This document shows positions 34,834 through 47,624 of a stretch of DNA of 64,000 nucleotides, in pieces. The position numbers and the translations under genes are program-made. The notes beneath the pieces are model-generated. The model made no database searches, was not told the origin of the DNA, and saw nothing but the letters and a program-made list of their open reading frames with translations. Where the stretch lies: the NCBI GenBank assembly GCA_013239625.1, contig MU053376.1:210833-274832 (forward strand). Direction: 5' to 3'. The stretch's first letter is position 1; each line of letters starts with the position of its first letter. Origin of the DNA: Lama guanicoe. Its lineage: Eukaryota.

Positions 34834-36959
34834 CTGTAGAGGCAAAAAAAGAAAGCGAGAAGTTGTGGTCAAGACGAAGAAGTCAGAGACACAGGCCAGA
34901 GGGTGGACAGTCCTGGGCAGTGGCAGGGAAGCTGACCCCACAGGAGACTGTCTTTCTGTCCTCCAGCAGGACCGTGAGTGGCAAGAGGGAGGGCTGACCT
35001 ATGGCAGCAGCAGCTGCAGGGGGTCTGGCTGGGGAGGACACCTTTTCCCGACAGGCAGCATCAGTTACTTACTGGAGATCCCCAGCCTGGAAAGAAGCCC
35101 CACTTAACCCTTTCAGTGGCCATCCTGGGCATGTATGTGTGGAGGGGGGAGGGGCTCCAATAATCAAGGCTGCGCATGGCTGGTTCCCTCCCAGGGGCTC
35201 CACACAAAAACTGCTCACTCATTACTTGCTGAAAGAATTCTCTTGTGACCTTGGACTCCTTCCTCTCTTGCTTTATGTCCCATCTCTTTCTTTCAGTGAA
35301 ATGAGAGATTCAGAAATTCCACCCTTGAGCTTAGGCTGGGCCCCACGCCCACTCCAAGTCCCGGGCCTCCCCGTTGAGGGGCTGAGCGATGTAGCTGAGA
35401 CCTCAGGAGCTATCCGGTATGGAGGTTAGGGCTGGCTCAACAGTCAGATCGAATTAAGGGACGCTATGGCCAGGGAGTGGGGTACTGTGAGGACAGTCTG
35501 CTGGACGGCAGCGGGGGACACGGACCAGGGGCGGGGTCTGTGCAGAGGCAGATGGGAGCAGTACTGTGGAGGACTTCCTCTGGGAGGTCCTGCTGTGGCT
35601 CTTCTGGCCGTCAGGCTAGCTCCCTGGCGGTTCTGCAGGGAGACCGTGGAGGAAGGGCAACAGACAGAGCTTAGAGAGGGGGGTGCAGAGGGTCTAAGTA
35701 GTAAATGGCGGCCATTTGAGATGGATTCTGCAAGCAGAGGACCACCTGGCAAGAAAGCTGTAGGAGATTCAAGCACGCAGCCAGTGGGGGGCTGGAAGAG
35801 TTTTAAGGTCTCCATCACCCACCCACTCCCCTTGAGAGATACTGTGAGAGCCCAGAGCATGCTCAGTCCACCCCCAGAAGCAGGTGCTTGGATGGAGCCT
35901 GCTGAGGCGGCACCAAGGCTCCTAACACGGGGCCACCAGGCACTCCCACAGCGAAGGGCCAGCACTCTGCTTGGCAAGTGGCAGGTCAGCTAGCACCAGG
36001 GGAAAGAGACCTCTGTGTGGTCCCTTCAGCTGCATCAGAGGTAAAATAACCTCTGGAGAGCCCGTTTCCTTAGCCCAGGACACGTCCCAGCCCTTAGGCT
36101 ATCTGCTGAAACTAAAGACAATAACAAAGGGTTTTTTTTTTCAGCGTCCAAACCAGTCATATTCAGACTGAATCCAAAGACACGTACTAGACAGAGAAGA
36201 ACAGTGGGCAGTGGCTACAGCCTATGTGGAAATCCCGGTTTTGCACCCTGGACTTGCCGGCCAGGACCCTAAACCTGGCCAGTATCCACTCGGCCTGGGT
36301 TCTAACTCTAGCACATTGATAACCCGCTCCCTGCTTCTCAAACTCTACTCCTCCCTCCTCCCCAGGTCCAATAAGGATGCTCTCCTCAACTCAGCCACAG
36401 GGAACCTTTGCAAGGAAGAATAGTTACTTTCAGTCACCCTCATCCCTGACTCTGCCCCGTCTAGGGGTAGTGGGGCAGGCAGGCAGTCTGTGACCAGTAA
36501 GACCCTTGAGGCACCAAGGTCTCTTGTTTCCCAGTGGCACAGATCATCTGCCCCCCTGACACCCCCAGTCCCCTTTGGCCCATTCTGCTCTGCATGTACC
36601 CCATGCTAACTCTGCTGGAAACTTTCCTGCAGGCACTGGTACAGATAGACAGACAGACGAACAGACAAACAGACACACACACAGAGGCACACACACAGTC
36701 TGCTGTCAGCCGGCACAAGTCTTACAGGGGACACTAAATTGCTCCCTGCCCCAGACTTTCCAACCCAGCAACCCCTACCAATGACATCCTCACTCCATCC
36801 CAGCGCTACCAATTTCAAAATAGCTTCCCCTTCACAAGCACTGCAATGCAGCATCCATTGACCTAACTACTGTTCCTTCTCCAGGTCACGTCAGGCCAGC
36901 CCCTCACTCTGAAGCCCCCGGATCCGATGAGCTGCCAACTCAGTTCTCACTTAACTTGA

Positions 36960-37750
36960 CTCACGGTTCACTGAAGAAATCCCTACCTGACCCGTCGATC
37001 AGCTCGAAACTTCAACATCTTTTTGGCGGCTTTGTCCCCTGTTTGGCAGCCTCAGAGGACCCGCCAGCCACCCTGCTCGGAACCATCCCTCTGAGAAGTG
37101 AGTCCTCGGTCCCGCTCCTAGTTCCGTGGCCAAGCTCCAGGCGTGCAGCGGCTGGCACTGCTGGTTCCCCTCCTCCTGGCTCCGGCGCTGGGGAGGGGGA
37201 GGGCCTCTCCCTGGGTGGTGGTAGGGGTGCCCAGGTGCCCTAGGGGGCCTGTGGCTTCCCAGCACTCAGCCGGAGTGCTGCCCGGCAGAGTCCCGGAGGC
37301 AGAATAAGCGAGCAGGGCACAGCATCCTCTCAGCTCAGGTCCCCGAGGAGCAAACGCAAACACGGAGAAACGGATGCTCGCGGAGCAGGTGTACAACTTC
37401 CAGGTAGTCCGACCTCGCTGAGCTAAGGACACGGAGTAGCTGGGCGGGCGGAGGCATCTGAAGCTGCCTCCCTGTCTGCACAGCGCAAACCCATGCCAGC
37501 CCCACCTGCAGGAAGACAGCCCCCACTGCCTCCCCAACTCCTAGCCCAGAACACAGGCCCCGGGGCTGAAATCCACCTGCTTCCGAGAGACCCTTGCCAT
37601 CCCGTGGGCACAAGGGTTAAAGGAAGCTCCAGATTCACGGGCTGCTACCGCATGTTGTCGCCGACTCCGAGCAGCTGAGACTGACCGACCGAGTCTCCTC
37701 TCTCTCCTCTCAGCCTGCCCAGCCTTCTGTACAGACGGGAGCAGAATGAA
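36960..37750 (-). promoter_or_regulatory. CpG-enriched alternative promoter / 5' UTR of PLEKHA6
   Basis: Visibly CpG-richer than the flanks, and ends in the donor at 36986. TSS not determinable from sequence. Confidence 0.55.
36987..37018 (-). CDS. PLEKHA6: Coding end of a putative alternative first exon: MLKFRADRRV(S)
   Basis: aagATG (A at -3) TTG AAG TTT CGA GCT GAT CGA CGG GTC AG|gtaggg; phase 2 matches the 34833 acceptor. Confidence 0.7.
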
Positions 37751-38809
37751 TGAGGCTTCTCTGCAGCGTCCCCCTGCACGGTCCCTTTACACACGGCCCC
37801 AGGTTGCCTGTCCTCTGCGTGGGGCAGCCCAGCGGGTGAGGAGCAAGTGGGCGTGGGTGTCGTGGAGCTGGGGCTGGTGGCGAGAACTAGCTTCTTTGCC
37901 AGGTTGAAATGGAAGGAAAGCTTCTTCCCAAAGCTTATGAGGAAAAGGGTAGCAAGTGGGGCTCAGAGGGGGTCACCATGTGTTTATTTCTGAAAATCTT
38001 CCCAGATGCCATATGACAAATTCCAGCTGGAGACTGTCAGATCTGCTCAGGCAAGGGGGTTTGCATTGTCGCTAGCCACTCTGAACCCTCCAGAGACCGA
38101 AGATGGCCACATCTCCCCTTTCACAATGTCCTCCGTGTCCTAGGGTGCAAGGGCCCCCCATGCAGGGGCCTTCTGAAGCTCATCTCTTCCATGCCCCTGC
38201 CTCCAGGCAGGTCCGCTCTCCAATCAATCTCACTAAGTCCTTGGTTGTCTGAGAAGGGTTCCAGCAAAGGAGGCTCCAGACCCACAGTCACCTTACACTG
38301 CCAAGATTTTTGTTGTTGATATCAAATTTCAGTTCCTCTGACTTTTGATATTATTCCAGTTTTGTCTTCGGATGACAGAATCCTGTCTGATCAGCGTGGT
38401 TCTTGTCAGCAGCACCAGGCACTCTGTTGACATCATAGTCTGCTGTTACAGCAATTCTGTGATGTCAACAGACACTGAAAAGGAGGAGCTAATCTAATTT
38501 TTGAGGTTGAGGACAGAACTCAGTCAGAGAAAAATGCAATGAGTGACTCGTAAAGGACAACATTTCTATTTAACCCATGATGAGACAAACTGGTCACATA
38601 CGGCTGGGGTCAATAGCTGCTGATTTTTAAGCAACGGATCCTAAATCCAAAAGGTCACTATGTTCAGCTATTTAGTGGTACTTCTGCAAATGCTTTTATC
38701 CTGGTGACAAGAGGCTTGAACCTTCCAGATTCCACCTCTCTCTGTCCCTAATCCAGCTACTAGAGCCCTGCTATGGTTATGGAGAGCTGGGCCCTCTCCT
38801 GATGCCTGC

Positions 38810-38882
38810 TTAGGACCTCTGCCTGTGCACAGTAGGCGCCCAATAGATATTTGGTGAATGAATGAATGAATGAATGAATGAA
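38810..38882 (+). mobile_element. L2 3' end with (TGAA)n tail
   Basis: cacagtaggcgcccaatagatatttggtgaatgaatgaatgaatgaatgaa. Confidence 0.75.
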
Positions 38883-41810
38883 CAAAAGAACGTCCCTGTG
38901 ATCTGATTTAGCTTCTAGCCACCTACCTTTGGAGCTTGACATTCTATTACCAAGGGCTTCCCTACCTTTGCTCTCTCTTAAAAGTAATTACTTCCTCTCC
39001 ATGAGAGCAGCTCTGTTTCTGCCCCCTCACCCCTTCACTCAGCTCCCCTGCCTGGCTCCCCCTTGAATATATAGCTTGGCTTTGATCCATCTTCATTAGG
39101 AGGGGAAGAAAATTAAGCTCATCTGCACAGGAGGAAGGGACAGAGGTGCACTGGGAAATGAGTTTTCTTCCTGTAGATGGCAAAAATATCCTCTTTCCCT
39201 TCAAGTTGAGCTCAGGGGCCTCCCACAGCCTTTGCTTAACTTGCAAGTTAAATTACATCTCCCATGCCTGGTGAAGATAGCGCGAGGGAGGAGGGGTTGA
39301 AGGCTCAAGGGCTTCCCCTGCCTGCTGAGAGCTCTGAAATCCTCAGGATTAAGTGAGCACACAGAATGCCTGGCTGGAGTGCTTTTCCTTTGCTACTAAA
39401 CTGCACAGATGACAGGTTTTCATTAGGTTAGACATCGAGAAGAACTTACCAGGTGTGGAACATTAAAAAAAAGGGGAAATAGAGACAGGTGATCAATTTT
39501 TTCTCTCCTCTTCCCTTTCTTTTGGGATGTCAAAGGCCTCCATTTCTCAAGGGCAAATGATTATGAATCCATGTCCAAATGGACCTCTCAGATTCCACCC
39601 AAGGGAGGGGAGAACCTCAAGCAGTAACGGAGATTTTGTAATGGAGGCAGGAGCATCTCTAAACTCCCAGGCTGCCCACTAGGTGGTCACCTCATCCACT
39701 GTACCTACGAAGGTGGTCCCAATGGCAGTGCCATCCATGGAAAGAGAATTTGGCAGGACCAGGCTTTCAGTCCAAGGTCCAATGTGACCTGAATTCTTTG
39801 GCCCTTAGTTTTCTCACATGCAAATGAGGTACCTTCTAATTCTATGCAATAATAGATGTAAACTTTCAAACGCGAAATGTTTTATGCACAAGAGATAATG
39901 GCTATGATCATCCTGATCATTTTGCTTAAAAACAAACCAAGAAATATGCCAGGTGTCAAAGCTAGAAAAAGCACAAAATCTCAGGCGTAACGTGGCTATG
40001 GATGGCACGGGGGCTGGGCATGCGGGGACTGGCGTTCCAGAAGTGCCCAAAACAATAAATTATAAAGAAAAGAGCTAGATGCTCTCCATTTTCTAAGCAT
40101 TTGTCCCTCCATCTAGTTAGGGCTTTTCTACAGTCCAAGAGACATCTGCAGCCTCTAAGGGCAGGCACTAGGGACAGCCTCACTACAGAGCGAACTGTGT
40201 CCTGATTCATCTCCAAACATCTTCGCAACAAAATCAACCTGGGTCTTCCTGACCCTTTGCAGGCATGAATGTTTGCACACGCGTGCACACACGTGCACAT
40301 ACACACACCCAGGCTGGATGCCCAGAGCTTCCATGGAGATAAATATTGAACAACGAGAGAGATACATTCATCTCCATCCACCCTGGGCCCCTGTTGGCTA
40401 TCTGCAGTACACCAAGCTGCTTCATCCCCATAGCTCCCAAGAATCAGCCGACAGAGAATGAGCCTAGCCAGACAACGCGTTGGCTTGTGGCATCACAGCT
40501 CATTAGGTACAGAGAAGACTGAGTGGGAAGGAGGGCTGCCTGTGGCCCATCCCTCCCACTTCCATCCCTGCAACCTGCCTCCCGCTTGCGAATTCCAAGC
40601 TGAGACTGTCTACACTCCAGGGAGGATTCCTGCTGCCAACAAAGGAGGGGAAGGTGGGGAAGGTTCTGGCTCCCGCTCTCCACCCCCCCTCTGGATCCCA
40701 TCATTATTTTCAAGGAGCTTTATGTGCTCCACCTTTCTGTCCCAATTAAAACCAACTCAGTTTACATTTCCAACCATCCTGATAGGACTGATTCCTGAGG
40801 CTCCCCTCATCACTCAAGGGAAAAGATACACTTCCCTAACTGGGTTCTTCCCACCAGAATCCTTCTGTTCTCCTGCTGTTGCAACCACACAAAGAGGCCA
40901 GAGGGGGTCAGGCTTAGAGGCACCTCTAGGTATTTGTAAGGGGGAAGAGCCCCTCGACAGGACACGGTCTCCTTCCCGTGTGCTGCCGGCAGATGGAGGT
41001 ACCAGTGCTGCAGGCTCTGCCGACACAGCTGTCAGCCTTGCCCTCGCACGTGCTCTCTTCTCTCCTCCCTGCCCTTGCTCCATCCCTCCTCCTACACAGC
41101 ATTTTCCAAAATGGCAATGAGAGAGCGTATTTCCCCAAGCAGCTTAGAACATCTGAAAATGCTGGCTACTGGGCCGAGTGTCTAGGAGATAAGACCTGGG
41201 CTGCCCCCTTTCCAGCTTACCTCTGCCTACCCTCACAACCCCCTCCCTGCCCCAGAGGGTCAGAGCACCTCTATGAGGACCAGTCAAGGAACACTGCGGG
41301 GAATTTCACCCTGAGCTCGGCCCCCACCTCGGGGAGAAAGCAGAAAAGCTGGCTCAGCAGCCAAGGAATGGAAATTACAAATCAGGGGTCCAGACCCAGG
41401 TTTCCTCCCTTCCATCATATGTGGGTGCCCGCCCCCAGTCTCTCACTGTATAATCACCTAGCCCTGCCCTGGGCCTGGACATTCCTTTTATTCCAAAAAT
41501 AGGAAAAAGTAAAACCTCTGACTGCAGGACAAGGGTAGGAGGGCCTTGTACACTATTTATGAGGGTAAAGCTACATTGTGTGTGTGTGTGTGTCTGTGTG
41601 TGCACATGTATATGTGTCTATGGGTGTATATGCATGTGTCTACGTGTGTACATTTGTGTGTATGTCTGTGGGTGTGTGTGTATGGGATGGAGGGGGACGT
41701 ACATACCCCTCCAGGGAAATTCATGGGGAATCCTCATGCTGATCTTCTACCCTAACTTGGATTCTCTTATCTTCAAACTGATTGCTTTACTTTATAGAAT
41801 TCCACTTGTC

Positions 41811-44726
41811 AGTCCACCAACACTGAATCAAGAAGAAATAATGTGTATGTGCAGTTGAACTGTAATGCTTCTATTTAATAAAACTGAAAAAGGAGGGAAA
41901 AGAAAAGAAATAGATAACTTGAACAGACTGGTCACTAGAAGTGAAATAGAATCTGTAACAACAACAACAACAAAAAAACCCAAAAAACTCCCTACAAACA
42001 AAAGTCCAGAACCAAACGGCTTTATTGGGGAAGTCTACCCAACATACAAAGAAGCAGTTATACTGATCCCTCTCAAACTCTTCCAAAAGACTGACGAGGA
42101 GGGAACCCTCCCAAGCTCATTCTGTGAAGCCACCATCACCCTGATGCCAAAACCAGACAAAGAATTACCAAAAAAGAGAAGTACAAGCCAGTATCTTTGA
42201 CGAACATAGATGCAAAAATTCTCAACAAAATATTAGCAAACCAAATCCAACAACACATAAAAAAGATTATACACTATGATCAAGTCAGATTCATCCCAGG
42301 ATCACAAAGATGGCTCAGCATAAGCGAATCAATCATTATGACGCATCACATCAACAAAGGAAAGGACAAAAATCACATGATCATCTCAATACATGCAGAA
42401 AAAGCACTTGATAAAATTCAACATCCATTCATGATTAAATATTCTTACCAAACTGGGTATAGAGGGAACATATCTCAACACAATAAAAGCTATTTATGAC
42501 AAACCCATAGCCAACAAATACTCAATGGTAAAAATTTGAATGCTTTCCCACCAAAATCTGGAATAAGACAAGGATGCCCACTCCCACCACTTCGACTCAA
42601 CATAGTATTGGAAGTCCTAGCCATAACAATCAGACAAGAAAAAGAAATAAAAGGGATCCAAACTGGAAGAGAAGAGATAAAAATGTCACTATACGCAGAC
42701 GATATGAAACTATATATAGAAAACCCTAAAGACTCCATACAAAAACTACTACAGTTGATAAACAAATTCAGCAAGGTAGCAGGATGCAAGATTAACATAC
42801 AGAAATCAGTTGCATTTCTTTACACTGAAAATGAAATATCAGAAAAGGAAAATTTTAAAAAATCCCTTTTAAAATTGCATCAAAAAATAAAATACTTAGG
42901 AATAAACCTGACCAAGGAGGTGAAAGACTTATACACAGAGAACTATAAAACACTGATTAAGGAAATTAAAAATGATTTAAAGAAATGTAAAGATATCTCA
43001 TGCTCTTGGAGTGGAAGAATTAATATTGTTAAAATGGCCATACTACCCAAAGCAATCTATGGATTCAATGAGATCTCTATCAAATTACCCAGGACATTTT
43101 TCACAGAGCTATAACAAATAATCCTAAAATTTATCTGGAATCACAAAAGACCCAGAATTGCCAAAGCATTACTGAAGAAAAAGAACAAAGCTGGAGGAAT
43201 AACCCTCCCAGATTTCATACAATACTACAGAGCTATGTCATCAAAACAGCATGGTATTGGAACAAAAATAGACATATGGATCAATGGAACAGAATAGGCA
43301 GCCCAGAAATAAACCCACACACTAACAGTCAGCTAATCTTCAACAAGATTATACAAGAATGCAAGAATAGACAGTGGGGAAAAGACAGTCTCTTTGACAA
43401 GCGATGTTGGGAAAGCTGGACAGCCACATGTAAATCAGTGAAGTTAGAACACTCCCTCATACCACACACAAAAATAAACTCAAAATGGCTTAAAGACTTA
43501 AACTTAAGACAATACACCATGAACCTCTTAGAAGAAAACAGGCAAAACATTCTCTGACATAAATCATAGCAATGTTCTCCTAGAGCAGTCTACCCAGGCA
43601 ATAGAAATAAAAGTGAAAATAAACAAATGGGACCTAATTAAACTTATAAGCTTTTGCACAGCAAAGGAAACTATAAACAAAAACAAAAAGATAACCTACA
43701 GAATAGGAGAAAATATTTGCAAATGATGCAGCTGATGAGGGCTTAATTTCCAGAATATATAAACAGCTCATACAACTGTTTAGCAAAACAAAGAATTCAA
43801 TTTAAAAAAAATGGGCAGAAGACCTAAACAAACATTTCTCCAATGAAGACGTAAAAATGACCAATAGGCACATGAAAAAATGCTCCATATCACTAATTAT
43901 GATAGAAATACAAATCACAACTACAATGAGGTATCACCTCACACCAGTCAGAATGGCCATCATTAATTAGTCCACAAATGATAAATGCTGGGAGGGTGTA
44001 GAGAAAAGGGGACCCTCCTACACTGTTGGTGGGAATGTAGTTTGGTGCAGCCATTATGGAAAACAGTATGGAGATTCCTCAAAAGACTAAAAATAAACTT
44101 ACCATATGATCCAGCGATCCCACTCCTGGGCATATATCCTGAGGAAATTCTAATTCGAAAAGATACATGCACCCCAATGTTCATAGCAGCACTATTTACA
44201 ATAGCCAAGATATGGAAGCAACCTAAATGTCCATCAACAGAGCACTGGATAAAGAAGAAGTGGTATATATATATATATACATATATATATATGGTATATA
44301 CATATATGTGTGGTATATATATATATATATGTGTATACACACACACACACAATGGAATACTACACAGCTATAAAAAAGAATAAAATAATGCCATTTGCAG
44401 CAATATGGATGGACCTAGTGATTATCATACTAAGTGAAGTAAGTCAGAGAAAGATAAGTATCATATGATATCATTAATATGTGGAATCTTAAAAAAATGG
44501 CACAAATGAACTTATTTATAAAACAGAAACAGACTCAGACAGAGAAAAAACTTATGGTTACTAGGGGAGAAAGGAAAGGGGGTGAGGAGGGATAATTCGG
44601 GCATTCTGGATTTGCAGATACTAACTACTACATATAAAAAAGATAAACAACAAGGTCCTACTGTACATCATGGGGAACTATATTCAATGCCTTGTAATAA
44701 CCTATACTGAAAAAGAATTTGAGAAG

Positions 44727-44763
<37 letters not shown>

Positions 44764-45277
44764 CATACGTACTGAATCGCCTTGCTGTGCACCAGAAATG
44801 AACACATTGTAAATCGACTATACTTCAATTAAAAAAAGAATGAAATAATGTTATATGCAGCAAAATGAATGGACCTAGAGATTATCACACTAAGTGAAGT
44901 AAGTCAGACAAGGAAAGACAATGATATCACTTATATGTGGAATCTAAAAAAAAGGACACAAAAATCTTGTTTACAAAACAGAAACAGACTCACAGACATA
45001 GAAAACTAACTTATAGTTACCAGAGGGGAAGCGAGGGGAAGGGATAAATTAGGAGTTTGAGATTAGCAGATATACACTACTACATACAGAACAGATAAAC
45101 AACAAGGTCCTACTGTACAGCACAGGGAACTATATTCAACAACTTGTAATAACTTATAAGGAGAAAAAATATATATATACATATATATGTGAGTGTGTGT
45201 GTATAACTGAATCACTATGCTGTTCCCCAGAAACCAACACAACATTTTAAATCAATTATACTTCAGTTTTAAAAAAG
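41811..45277 (+). mobile_element. 5'-truncated LINE-1: broken ORF2 (RT and C-terminal Cys domain) and a duplicated 3' UTR; antisense to PLEKHA6
   Basis: ORF2 peptides [40 protein letters not shown] (42692-42703), KYLGINLTK and [12 protein letters not shown], with frameshifts and stops. Degenerate TSD TCCA(C/T)TTGTC at 41801-10 and 45278-87. Confidence 0.96.
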
Positions 45278-47624
45278 TCCATTTGTCTTCTGAAAATGAA
45301 GATAAGCAGGGTGAGTATTCACATAAACCACGCCAGTTATTAAAACACTGAAATTCTTCCCTATTGGTAGGTAGAGACCTACTCCGCCCGCCCTCCAGCC
45401 TGCGCAGGGCCCTCCCTGCTCTCTGTGACCCGGAGACACCTCAGAGCCGCCCAGGACTCCAGGCCAGCGTCCCTTGGTTGATTAAGGATTGAATGTCATT
45501 GCCGGGATGGCCCTTCCTTAACTGTCTGAACACCGACGGCCCTTCCAGGTGTTCAGAACTGTGACTCTGGGGGCAGAGCCGTCATAGGCAGGATGGGAGG
45601 CCTCTTCCCCATCACACCCTGACCCGACTTGGAGAATGGGGGCATCTCGGCCCCCCAGGGCTCCTCATGTTCCCTGTCCGCACGCTTTTGCGTGGTTCCT
45701 TGTGAAGGGGGAAAGGAAGTGAGAAGAAGAAAAACGGAGCTGCCTGGGCTCCAGCTCCACATTTTCCTCACTTGACCTTCCCCTGAGTGGCCTCCAGCTA
45801 AGCCAGACAGAAGCAGAGGAAGAAGGGCTCCTGTCCCCTCCCCTCAGCCTCCAAGATTCCTTCTCCGGACAGTCAGCAGCCTGAAAAAGTCCCAAGGGGT
45901 AACGGGCAGGGCAATCATTAATTACCCCTCCTCCCCGCAGCTTTGAGCCGGACCCTTCAGAGACTGAGGCAGCCCAGCTGGCTGCTTCTGGGCCTAAGGA
46001 CGGTCATGGAACCAGCCCTCCTCGTCCTAGCTCAGCAGATTTGGTCCCGGCGTCCCACAGAGAGCAGTCACCCCACCCACCCAGGGGGAGGAACTTTACG
46101 AAGTATTTGGAAAATACTGCAGCTGGGCCGACGCCCCTCCTTCCACACCCTCAAAAGCTACCAATGCCTTCTTGGTGCCCCATCCAGCAATCGGTGAGGG
46201 TCAAGCTGTTTCGTGCCTCAGTTTCCTTGTTTTAAGAATGAAGCAATGGTAATAAGAGATGACCTGGTTAGGAGACAACACAAATTTCCCACCAGACTAG
46301 ACAGCAGAGGAGAGGGGACGATGCTCTGAAGAGGGTGGAATACAGAGAAATCATTAAACTCATGCGGTATCTGGTCCTCACACCAGGAGGAAGGTAAGGC
46401 CCATTCCAGAGCCGGGGGCCTGAGGTCCATCGCCCCAGCTATGGTGACAGGAGAGACAAGACAAAGTTCCCATCTCCCTGGTTGTCCCCAGTCCCTGCTA
46501 CCTCTCCAACCCGAGCACCTCGTCTCCAGGAGAGAAGAGGGAGAGCCCCCCGATTCAGGAGGGAGCCCCCAGCTCCACAAGGCCCATTGCAAGAACACAG
46601 GGATGAAAGCCACAAAGCCACTCACTGCTAACCCTTGTGGGTTATAGGTCTGGGGACTGTGTGTGATGTCGAGTGGAGGGCACCCAAAAATGTCAGTCTG
46701 GCAGCACCTGCCTAGGGGCAGAGGTGTGGAGGGACAGCCACATACAAACTGCCTACAGCCTAGGCTTTCTTTGTCGCCGTGCCCTGGCCACGCACAGGAA
46801 CCGAGTGGCTGTCTGATGGAGTGGGAGGAGGGGACGTGTGCTGCTCTGCTCTGGGAAGTTGAATTGTGAGTGAAAGGCAGCAGAGCTCAGGCTCAAATCC
46901 TCTCGCCAGGGGATCTGATGAGTGGGTTCCATCTGCTCCGGCCCCTCCTCCCCCCCCCCCACTGGCCAGCCGGACTCTGATAAGGGTCTACTGAGCAGAG
47001 GCTTTGTCTGGGGGAGCAGAGGGCAACAAATCAATGGCAGGGGGAAGGCAGGAGCCTAGGGACTGCTTCGGGAGGATGGAGGCCCCCACCTCACAGGGCT
47101 GCACAGGGTGAGGGTGCCAAGCCACGTGGGATGGCAGCAAAGTTCTAGCATGAGCACTGCCCTTCACCTGACCCCCAGATGGGTCAGCTGCTCACCTCTC
47201 CTAGAGTAGCAGTAACGGGCAAGCAGGGACACGGGTGGGTTGTGGGTTGTGGGAAATTTTGAATACCTCCTCCTGCCAGGAGTGAGGAATCTGGAACTTC
47301 CCATGTATTCTGGGCTCTTGCTAAAGGCCCGGAGGGCGGAAGACTCTCCCTGGATTGCTGTCTGCTATCAGGAAGATCCAAAAAGATCCTAGGGACGAGG
47401 GCCACCAGTGGAACCAGCCAGAAAAAAGCTGTGCCTATGGAGAGTCACTGCTGCCTCCCCTTCTGTGGGCTGAGGGCAATCATCGTGAGCGCCCCTGACA
47501 TCCCGGAGAGGAACAGTGAGATCTGGAAGGGACAGGACTTGGAGAACTTTTGAAAAGAGCTGTCACATGAAAACAAAGAATGGCTGGTGCATGGCGGCGG
47601 CTGACCAGTACTGAGCTCTTTACT

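Noticed and set aside
35067..35135. Coding first exon ending at CCA|GTAAGT (35073)
   Set aside because: Its ATGs are phase 0 and hit TAA immediately in the 34833 exon. It may be a non-coding exon, but nothing else supports it.
44262..44350. Regular TA/CA array as CRISPR-like or functional repeat
   Set aside because: Microsatellite expansion within L1; there is no repeat-spacer structure anywhere in the window.
42197..44383. Functional reverse transcriptase or novel RT system
   Set aside because: Ordinary 5'-truncated L1 ORF2 with frameshifts and stops; no ORF1, endonuclease or promoter.
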